NCBI GenBank assembly: GCA_964481775.1
Contig: CAYZUX010000023.1
Coordinates: forward strand, 1-40,334
Source: an uncultured bacterium
GTDB taxonomy: Bacteria > Hinthialibacterota > Hinthialibacteria > OLB16
DNA length: 40,334 bases
Direction: 5' to 3'
In this document: positions 20,024 to 27,893 of the stretch, one piece after another
How the letters are laid out: each line of letters begins with the position of its first letter
Numbering within the stretch: position 1 is the first letter of the stretch
Translations under genes and position numbers: made by a program
The notes under the pieces: generated by a model
The model's database searches: none
Seen by the model: only the letters and a program-made list of their open reading frames with translations
What the model was told of the DNA's origin: nothing

Positions 20024-21979
20024 CTATAAACGATTCCGGTGTCCTGGTACCGTTCCATCGTCAGTTTGATCGCGTACCAAAGAATTGAGACGGAACAACA
20101 ATGTGTATATATCCCGCGTACCTCCAATTAAAAACCAGAGAGTAGTAAAGACACCAAGACTAGAATATATCATAACGTAAACATACCAGAATTTGGCCCA
20201 TGAGTCATCAACCGTATTTCTAGTCAGCCCAATAAAAGTTCCTACCAGAAAAGCAACAAACCAGCATGTAGCCCAGATGATGGTGCCCAAATAGAGAACG
20301 CGATCAAAAAAAGTAAATTCCGGTCCCATATCAAGGAACTTCCTAAAATTGCTAAGTCGATTGGCATGATCACCTTGATTCCGAATTTCATCTTTTATCG
20401 CATATTCGCCTCGATGTAACATACGGTCCATGTTGAAAGGTTCTTTTTTCAGCAAGATATTATCTAAGAGTGAAATGGCAACGTAGACAACACTGGCGGA
20501 AATCCAACAGATGAATGACATGACTTGACCATTAATTGGAAAAACTTCGTCTGACTGCTGAATAATAAAGCCAGCGAATGCGAGAATGGCGGCGGTCAGC
20601 ATAGCACCCCATGCAGCAGTCGTAGTACCTCTCTTCCAATAGAGACCTCCTATGAGGACTGCTCCAGAACCACCACCAATGGCGGTGACAACAGCAATGA
20701 ACATGAAAATAAAACTTTTGATTGGAACTAAAAGGCTCCAAAAATAGACAAAAACAGAAACACCAAGAATCGACCAACGCAAAACACGTAAATGTTGAAT
20801 AGTTGAAAAAGATCTTTTTCGGAATGGAAGGATTATATCCTGAATAAACATGCTACCATAAGTATGAAGTGCCGTGTCAGTCATAGCTATAAATGCTGCT
20901 ATAATTGTGGCACCGAATAGTCCGATTAATCCAACCGGTAAAAATGTGCTGATTACAACCGGGACTGTTATCTGTTTGACAACCTGGGGGTCTTGCACTG
21001 TCTTAAGCACTGAATTTGCAGCTCTGGAAAGATCAGCAAAAGCCGGTTCATGCATAATCGCAAAAGCTGTGATCGGCAACACAACCAGGACGATATTCAG
21101 TGTCATCGCACGCCAGATTGCCATGATAGATCCCATACGAGCTTCATGAGGTGTGCGCGCAGCTCCACTATAACCACCTCCTCCTGATCCACCGATTGCA
21201 TTATAAAAGAATCCGAAGCCAGCGATTAGAAAATAATAAATGTTGAAGTCCTTGACGTTCCCAGTTCGGAAAGGATTCAGCATTGAGGAATCGGGATCTA
21301 CGGATTTGAGCCCACTTATCACTTTATCCCAATCAAAAAGGATAAGGCTGTAGAGGAGGATAACCAGAAAAACAATGTTACAGAACATCCCCTGCGCGAA
21401 ATCTGTTATCATTACCGAGACCTGACCGCCGACATATGTAAAAAACAAAGCGATGATCATCAGGAAGAGCATCAAAGAAGCATACATCGAAAATTCGATG
21501 CCTATACAAAAAAAATGATGGGGCAGTCCACAATAATTTATGATGAAGTTGGTCCCAAGTCCGGGTGTGATTCCGAAAGCGAGTAAACCTGCCAAATAAC
21601 CGACTATTCCTGTAAAGATGCGAAAAGCTCGACTATATCGAATCTCGAAAAATTGGCCTAAAGTTAATGCACGTGTTTGACGGTAACGATAGACAACAAA
21701 TCCCGAAAGAGTCACGACAAAATACAAGGGTGATATCATGAATCCCCACCAAATGGGGGGGAATCCCGCACTGTAATGCATTTCGAAGAAAGCCATCAGG
21801 TTCAGGACACCCAGACTTGCAATACCAATCGAAATGCTTAACAGGTACCGATCGGCGCAGCGATTACATGCCAGGAAATCCGCTACACCTCTAACATACC
21901 GGCGAGTATATAGTGCAAGCCATATGAGAAGAATCAGTACCGAAAAAATAATCGTCCAATCAAGAAGATGAATTTTCAT
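20024..21979 (-). CDS. Sodium:solute symporter (SSS/SLC5) family transporter with C-terminal extension
   Basis: The ORF track gives 20024..21991; the Met at 21979 (MKIHLLDWTIIFSV…) is more likely the start. It has more than 13 predicted TM segments. The SSS-like N-terminal region is …VADFLACNRCADRYLLSISIGIASLG…. Two extra TM helices follow a charged loop near the C-terminus. Confidence 0.65.
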   Translation of the reverse strand: MKIHLLDWTIIFSVLILLIWLALYTRRYVRGVADFLACNRCADRYLLSISIGIASLGVLNLMAFFEMHYSAGFPPIWWGFMISPLYFVVTLSGFVVYRYRQTRALTLGQFFEIRYSRAFRIFTGIVGYLAGLLAFGITPGLGTNFIINYCGLPHHFFCIGIEFSMYASLMLFLMIIALFFTYVGGQVSVMITDFAQGMFCNIVFLVILLYSLILFDWDKVISGLKSVDPDSSMLNPFRTGNVKDFNIYYFLIAGFGFFYNAIGGSGGGGYSGAARTPHEARMGSIMAIWRAMTLNIVLVVLPITAFAIMHEPAFADLSRAANSVLKTVQDPQVVKQITVPVVISTFLPVGLIGLFGATIIAAFIAMTDTALHTYGSMFIQDIILPFRKRSFSTIQHLRVLRWSILGVSVFVYFWSLLVPIKSFIFMFIAVVTAIGGGSGAVLIGGLYWKRGTTTAAWGAMLTAAILAFAGFIIQQSDEVFPINGQVMSFICWISASVVYVAISLLDNILLKKEPFNMDRMLHRGEYAIKDEIRNQGDHANRLSNFRKFLDMGPEFTFFDRVLYLGTIIWATCWFVAFLVGTFIGLTRNTVDDSWAKFWYVYVMIYSSLGVFTTLWFLIGGTRDIYTLLFRLNSLVRDQTDDGTVPGHRNRL

Positions 21980-22165
21980 AGAATAATACAATACAATGTT
22001 ATGGTATGATTTTGATAATCACAAAGCTCTTAGGGAGAAACTACAATGATGTTGAAACAATGAATAGACCGCATTATAAAATCAATAAAATATATTGTGT
22101 TCATAAAATAATACTCGTGACTTATTGCCGGAACGTCAGAGATTTTCACTTGTTTTACTGGCCAA

Positions 22166-22825
22166 TCAGGGCCCCAGAATTACAAGATCTCCACTACTGA
22201 CTGTTCCATTGGTGGGAGAATAGAACTCGGCATTTACCGTGTAGTCAGATCGGATCATAGCATATTCTGGCATGGCATCCTCATCTTTATCCGGGCCAAC
22301 ACTGCAAATCATATACTGCCATTTATTTTTATACATGCCCGGATTGTATAGATCAAGATTCTTCCATCCATCACGTATTGTCGGAAATGCTTTCCCAGGG
22401 AAATCCCAGCGAAGACGTCGGGTAGTACGATATCGAACTCCATTCGATCCTCCTGGAGAATCAAGGGGAACACCCCCGAAATCTTTATAGTCGATTGCAA
22501 AAAGATCATCGAATATCTTTGTAATGTATTTTACGGGCGTAGTCATCTCATTTGGAAGCAACCCCCAATTGTGACTATAGGGCATGGGTAAAAACCAGAT
22601 CCAACCTCTTGGATACTGTCTCCAATCCTGGTTGTATTCCTCAAATGTCGTTCGAAGGGTGTGAAGCTCTCCCCTTGATTTTGTTACCCTGGCGCGAAGC
22701 TGAGCTTCAAGAAAATTAGGTAATGCGATTGAAATAAGAATTAGAATGATTGCAATCACGATTAATAGCTCGATGAGTGTAAAACCTCGGAAATCATGTC
22801 TCCTCGGACAAAATATCTTCATCAT
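22166..22825 (-). CDS. Prepilin-type N-terminal cleavage/methylation domain protein (DUF1559-like, typical of Planctomycetes/Verrucomicrobia/Lentisphaerae)
   Basis: The N-terminus MMKIFCPRRHDFRGFTLIELLIVIAIILILISIALPNF is a class III signal (G/FTLIELL) type IV pilin/pseudopilin motif. An AAGGAGAA RBS lies upstream. Confidence 0.75.
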   Translation of the reverse strand: MMKIFCPRRHDFRGFTLIELLIVIAIILILISIALPNFLEAQLRARVTKSRGELHTLRTTFEEYNQDWRQYPRGWIWFLPMPYSHNWGLLPNEMTTPVKYITKIFDDLFAIDYKDFGGVPLDSPGGSNGVRYRTTRRLRWDFPGKAFPTIRDGWKNLDLYNPGMYKNKWQYMICSVGPDKDEDAMPEYAMIRSDYTVNAEFYSPTNGTVSSGDLVILGP

Positions 22826-22840
22826 ATTAATTCTCCTTAC

Positions 22841-22883
22841 AAAAAAAGGTTATCAGGCCCTCTCCTGGAGGAAGAGGGCCTGA
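22841..22883 (-). terminator. Rho-independent terminator downstream of the beta-helix gene
   Basis: A GC-rich inverted repeat tcaggccctctcc-tgga-ggaagagggcctga (22853-22883) reads on the minus strand as a hairpin followed immediately by a T7 run (A7 at 22841-22847 on plus). The RBS and ATG of the prepilin-like gene follow directly. Confidence 0.55.
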
Positions 22884-22897
22884 TTAGAATTATCACC

Positions 22898-24553
22898 TCA
22901 ATACAGATGCCAGGTTTTCACTTCAGAAGCTCCACTGTTTTTTACCTCATCTGCCCCAAGATCTGCGATAGAATTCTGAGGTCGTGTCTGGCCATCAATA
23001 TCGATCGTAATCGATGTACCAGCTGCTACATCCTGCGCCGGACTCTCTATGTCTGTCGGAAGGCGTCCATCACTGGTAAGCAGAGGATCACCCGTTATCG
23101 TATCTTCAGGAGTCGAGGTGAAATTTGCAGCCCCAGGATTGATTAGGTTCAGCGTACCATTTAATGGAAGCCATGAATTGATGGCAACCGGGGTTGCCTC
23201 AAACATGCCATCAAATATTGTGTAGTTTGCATTGATCACGTCGCTATCGGCATGACCACTAGTCAACATCCAGCCTCCCGCCATCGATGAGTTGGGAAAG
23301 AGAGTACAATGGACAAGATTTATCTCATCATTGGTCTTCTTGTCGGTCATAATTCCCCACGTCTGGTTCATATTAAAGATGCAGTTTGTTGCATTCAGTG
23401 TGAGTTTTCCGGCTCCGCCCCAATCGATTCCAAAGACCGAGCCAACATGATAGACAATCCCCGCCATTGTGCCTGCAGGAGGACTATGCAGGATACAGCG
23501 GTTCAAGTTGATATTTGCCGGATTTTCGAGGTTGCCATCCCCTGTTTCAAGACCGTCACGAAGAACTGCATCGGTAACATTAAGGGTTCCATTGGTTACC
23601 TGGCAGAATGCTCTTCCACCAATCACACCATTATCCAGCTTGTCACTGGGGCCGTTTCCATTGATATTCACAGTAGCGCCATTGTTCACACGGAAAGGAA
23701 CACCACCATTAGACCATGGATCACTGGAAAACTCATTGATAATCTTGGGATTATTCAGAGTGATCGTACAGCCGGCAGCGCCCCCAGGAGCAGCCTGATC
23801 GATAATGCTGTTTTGCCAATCAAAGGTACAATTGTTGGCTATGACAATTGCACCCGCGGTCCGTCCGGCGATCGGAGGATAGCTTGGAGGGCCTACAAAA
23901 TTGGAATCATTAAAGGTCAGGATTCCTGATCCCATGTTGCTGAATGTCAAACCACCATGGTACTGGTATTCAAGCCGGTTGAAAGTAACGTTGATGTCTC
24001 CTTGCAACCAACCAGCATTTGGACCTGCGGCGGCAAGCACGACATCGTTGAAGATGCAATCATTTGGCGCGGTTCCCGCCACAAACAGCTGACCAACCAC
24101 ACCAGCATTTCCCGAGATGACGACATTTTCAACCAATGCACCACCATTGTTTATCTCCAAGACAAGATATCCGTCGTCATAGTTGAGTGTCATCTTGTTG
24201 GTGGGGCTATCGCCTTGCAGGGTAAAGGGGGTGCCATAGACACGGATAAACTTGGTGTTCGGAGCTCCCGGATGGGTGATGGTGACAGAGGCGCCTGGTG
24301 CCGCTTTAATTGTTAGATTGTTGACATTCACATCGATCGGGGGTGTCTCAGAATTATAGGTTCCATCTGCGAGGATGATCACATCGGAATCGGCTGCGGC
24401 CGCAACTGCTGCAGTGAGCGTGGGTTGATCAGCAGGGACATTGATGGTCCCCGCAAACCCCACACTGGTGAAAAGCAACATAAGGACAATGGTTGGATGT
24501 AATACAGGAAATTGAGCTGAGACTCGCCTTTCAATATTTCTTACAGATCTCAT
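22898..24553 (-). CDS. Secreted Gly/Asn/Thr-rich beta-helix repeat protein (adhesin/polysaccharide-active-like)
   Basis: The ORF track gives 22898..24589. The Met at 24553 (MRSVRNIERRVSAQFPVLHPTIVLMLLFTSVGFAG) has a GGAGG RBS and a signal peptide. Repetitive …NNGGALVENVVISGNAGVVGQLFVAG… segments are consistent with parallel beta-helix turns. Confidence 0.5.
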   Translation of the reverse strand: MRSVRNIERRVSAQFPVLHPTIVLMLLFTSVGFAGTINVPADQPTLTAAVAAAADSDVIILADGTYNSETPPIDVNVNNLTIKAAPGASVTITHPGAPNTKFIRVYGTPFTLQGDSPTNKMTLNYDDGYLVLEINNGGALVENVVISGNAGVVGQLFVAGTAPNDCIFNDVVLAAAGPNAGWLQGDINVTFNRLEYQYHGGLTFSNMGSGILTFNDSNFVGPPSYPPIAGRTAGAIVIANNCTFDWQNSIIDQAAPGGAAGCTITLNNPKIINEFSSDPWSNGGVPFRVNNGATVNINGNGPSDKLDNGVIGGRAFCQVTNGTLNVTDAVLRDGLETGDGNLENPANINLNRCILHSPPAGTMAGIVYHVGSVFGIDWGGAGKLTLNATNCIFNMNQTWGIMTDKKTNDEINLVHCTLFPNSSMAGGWMLTSGHADSDVINANYTIFDGMFEATPVAINSWLPLNGTLNLINPGAANFTSTPEDTITGDPLLTSDGRLPTDIESPAQDVAAGTSITIDIDGQTRPQNSIADLGADEVKNSGASEVKTWHLY

Positions 24554-25348
24554 TAGTTTAACCTCCGAGATTAGAAATTCGAGTGACAAGAACCTAACTG
24601 GTTATGTTCACTTCGGTGTTGATTGAGGTTGATCTTAACTATTATTCGATTACAGAAAGCCAATAGTAAGGAAACGATTTCTACATGTCAAGCTTTATTT
24701 TAGAAAAAATTTCTTTTTTTTTGAGGGCTGAATTCTCTCCAAAAGAGGATATATTTGCGTCTGATTCATCCCAGAGAGAAAAAAAATTTGAGTTTTTCCT
24801 CTGATTTTTGTTGTCCTGGAAGATCATCGAGACACTTTTACTGGGTTAAGATATTCCTCCTCAGGCTGAGAGGACTTTAGTATGGAAAACGAATTTTCGA
24901 AGATCAAAGCCTTGGAATATTTCCGAAGAAAGGCTGCTCGTTTTCCTTCACTTTTTCACAAAACAAGGTCAACCGAGCTCAAGTCCCCCTGGAAAGACAT
25001 TTTATCGAATAACACCTTGATAATGCAGGTCTTAACAACAAATGAAGGGTACCCCCTTTCCCCATTTTATTCACCCACGGGGAGGTCTCACTCAAAAGGG
25101 AATAGCGCCGTTCCAAAACCAAGGCAGACCATCCGAGGATGAGGGCTGAGAAGATTAGGATTAGGAGTGGTGGCGAGACGATGAGTCGATCCTTGATGAA
25201 TCAAGCCAAGACAATATGACCTTACCAATGGTCCGTGAGTGAAAATCAGGCTAAGGCTGGTTAGAATTCGGATGCGTCTCGAAAAGGGGGCGTGCCATCA
25301 TCACTTTGATCATGCAAAATTTTTCGAGAAGTTCTACCATCGTTGCTA

Positions 25349-25377
25349 TTGACAAATGAAAATGTTTTGCGTAGTGT
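25349..25377 (+). promoter_or_regulatory. Candidate sigma-70-type promoter for the RpiR-family regulator gene
   Basis: TTGACA (25349-25354), a 17-nt spacer, then TAGTGT (25372-25377), about 55 nt upstream of the probable start at 25434. This is a by-eye match only. Confidence 0.25.
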
Positions 25378-25433
25378 GCGGATTCAGTTTATTCATTTGG
25401 ACATAAAGAATGAGGAATGGAATAAGGATAACT

Positions 25434-26369
25434 ATGAATTCGTCCGTCTCAAATGGCTCGTGTCTTGCCCGCGTACGAGCCTATTGTCCACGTGAAGGTG
25501 GTTCAACGCAAAGAATTGCGAGGCAAATTCTTGAACACCCACAGGATGTTCTTCCAATGTCGATTGTCCAAATTGCAGGGGTTTGTGAAACCAGCCCCTC
25601 AACAGTGACACGTTTCTGCAGGATTCTGGGTTACTCAGGGTTCAAGGAATTCCAGCTCGATCTGGCGACAACGCTTGCTAACTATAGTCCTGATGTTGAA
25701 GAAAGTTTCGACAAGTCCGATTCGCCAGGTAGCATTATCAGGCGTGTATTTGAGCGTAATAAGCAAAGTCTGGAGGATACCCTGTCCCTGCTTGATGAAA
25801 AAACGATGGACAGGGTGGCTATTGCCTTGACAAGAGCAAGACGGATTTATCTGCTTGGGATCGGTGGTTCCGGTCTGGTGGCAAGGGAAGCGGCCCAGCG
25901 CTTTATGAGTCTGGGTTTGACTGCAATCGCTGTCTTCGATCCCTATGATCAGGTGTTCGCAACAAGTAATGTCGGGCGAGAAGATGTCATTTTTGGTATC
26001 AGTCATACGGGGCGGACTCTGTCAGTTCTCGAGGGAATCCGTGAAGCACGAAGACATCATGCCCATGTCATTGTAGTCACCAACTACCCTGATTCTCCTT
26101 TGGCAAAGGAATCTCATGAACGCCTGATCACCTCTTATCGGGAACACCGTTTTAATGCCGCTGTATCCTCCTCGAGAATAGCGCAAATGTGCATTTTTGA
26201 CGCCCTCTATTTTATGGTCGGAAGTCGTACTTCCGAGGAGGCAAGAAGGCTTGCAAAATCAGCCGAAGAGAGGGTGCAACGGTTGTTGAGAAATCGATAT
26301 TCACGGACATCCGTTGCAACAAAAGACCGCTCTGTACCTTCAGAGGAAAAAATGATGAGTGATGAATGA
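25434..26369 (+). CDS. RpiR/MurR-family transcriptional regulator (N-terminal HTH_6 + C-terminal SIS sugar-phosphate-binding domain)
   Basis: The ORF track starts at 25410. The Met at 25434 has AAGGATAA 4 nt upstream. The HTH is …STQRIARQILEHPQDVLPMSIVQIAGVCETSPSTVTRFCRILGYSGFKEFQ. The SIS domain is …RRIYLLGIGGSGLVAREAAQRFMSLGL…VIFGISHTGRT…. Confidence 0.8.
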   Translation: MNSSVSNGSCLARVRAYCPREGGSTQRIARQILEHPQDVLPMSIVQIAGVCETSPSTVTRFCRILGYSGFKEFQLDLATTLANYSPDVEESFDKSDSPGSIIRRVFERNKQSLEDTLSLLDEKTMDRVAIALTRARRIYLLGIGGSGLVAREAAQRFMSLGLTAIAVFDPYDQVFATSNVGREDVIFGISHTGRTLSVLEGIREARRHHAHVIVVTNYPDSPLAKESHERLITSYREHRFNAAVSSSRIAQMCIFDALYFMVGSRTSEEARRLAKSAEERVQRLLRNRYSRTSVATKDRSVPSEEKMMSDE

Positions 26370-26472
26370 GGGTTATCAGGGAGGATAACAGGGACAAGAA
26401 AAAACCGCTTGGTTTTGATTATTAGTGGAGCCTGCTGGTCATCTCAATAAAATTACAGGAGGAATATCAAAG

Positions 26473-27822
26473 ATGTATACGCGTTACTATGATCCAGAAA
26501 TCTTCATCCAGATGCTGGATGGCATTGATCTGGATGATCATGTGGTTGCTTCATATTATCTGAAAGACCGGATAGAGGGACAGAAGTGGCTTGACCATTT
26601 TGCTCTTATCCAGGCCATGGGGCTTGAGGGTTCCACGGGAACATGGGAAAAAGTGGAGGAAGACACCGCTGATGTGCGAATTGCGATGTCCAGCAAGATG
26701 GTGGGATACCACGAGATTCCGGCCGAGGATCCTTACACGAAGTCAGCCGTGGTTCAGTTGGCATTTCCGATCCGGGCATGGGGTGATAACCTCCCGATGA
26801 TGTTACTTGCAATTGCTGGTAATTGCTTTGCCTATTCAAAAAATATCATGTTGACAGACCTCTTTATAGGAAAGAACCTGTTAAAAATGTTTAAGGGGCC
26901 GAAGTTTGGTGTTCAAGGTGTTCGTGAACTGACTGGTGTTAAAGACCGTCCACTCTCTCTTCACATCATCAAGCCGAAGATGGGGATGACACCGGAACAG
27001 ACCGCCAACCAGGTGGCACAAACAGCTGCTGGCGGAGCGGACATGTGTAAAGATGATGAGATGCTGGCCGATGCATACAATAATACTATGGAACAACGTC
27101 TTCCTCTGGTTATGGAAGCGATCAACCGTGCCGCTGATAAAACGGGCAAGAAGATGATTTACCTTTGCAGCATCACTGATGAAAGTCAGAAAATGATCGA
27201 TAAGGCGAAAAAAGCTATAGAGCTCGGGGCAAATGGACTTCTCGTGACCTATTCAGCCGGTCTTGCAGCCTTGCGGAAACTGACTTCTGATCCTGATATC
27301 ACAGTTCCGGTAATGCTCCATGCCTCTCATATGATCGCCATGATGAAACAAATTGCCTGGCCTGTGCTGGCGAAACTGTGTCGTCTGTGCGGGGCCGATC
27401 TCATGTTGACACCGACGATCTGGTCATCCATTCCGATGGTATCAATGGAGGAGGGAATTCGGACTTCTTTCATGCAGCTGGCTCCATGGGGACATATCAA
27501 ACCAACTTTCCCGATGCCATGTGCCGGTGTCTATCCTGGGCTGGCTCCAATCATTATCGGCGAGTATGGAACTGATATCGTAATCCCTGCGGGTGGCGGT
27601 ATGCTTGGTCATCCAGATGGTTACACAGCGGGTGCGAAAGCTTGGAGACAGGCAATCGATGCGGCACTGTCCAATGAGAACTTTATCGATTACGCCAAAA
27701 AACCAGAAAACAAGGAATTAAGACGCGCGATCGAGAAATGGGGCTATATTGAACGACCCAAATCACCTTGGTTGCGTGTGGCTCCTGAGTTTCATCCAAA
27801 AACGATGAAGTTTGATGACTGA
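26473..27822 (+). CDS. RuBisCO large-subunit homologue, RuBisCO-like protein (form IV-like; not predicted to be a carboxylase)
   Basis: The ORF track starts at 26425. The Met at 26473 (MYTRYYDP…) has an AGGAGGAA RBS. A by-eye alignment to form I RbcL gives [11 protein letters not shown] vs STGTWTTVWTD; GNCFAYS…[37 protein letters not shown] vs GNVFGF…[47 protein letters not shown] vs GGLDFTKDDE; and …[27 protein letters not shown] vs …[26 protein letters not shown]. Positions equivalent to H294/R295, H327, K334 and S379 appear substituted (LHASH, [16 protein letters not shown], PCAGV). Confidence 0.8.
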   Translation: [449 protein letters not shown]

Positions 27823-27893
27823 TGCCGCCTGCATCCTTATGGATAGTTGAGTGAAATGAGGATGATAACGTCTGGATGATGGGGAGCAAATTG

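Noticed and set aside
24882-25142. 86-aa ORF in the long intergenic region as a protein-coding gene
   Set aside because: It has an RBS-like sequence but no recognisable motif and low-complexity composition. Without conservation data it is as likely to be non-coding leader sequence.
26473-27822. Possibility that the RuBisCO homologue is a genuine CO2-fixing RuBisCO (for example a carboxysome-like arrangement)
   Set aside because: By-eye alignment shows substitutions at positions equivalent to H294/R295, H327, K334 and S379. No RuBisCO small subunit, carbonic anhydrase or CcmM/CsoS2-type scaffold is present. The neighbouring genes are sugar-catabolic, so it is a RuBisCO-like protein, not a carboxylase.
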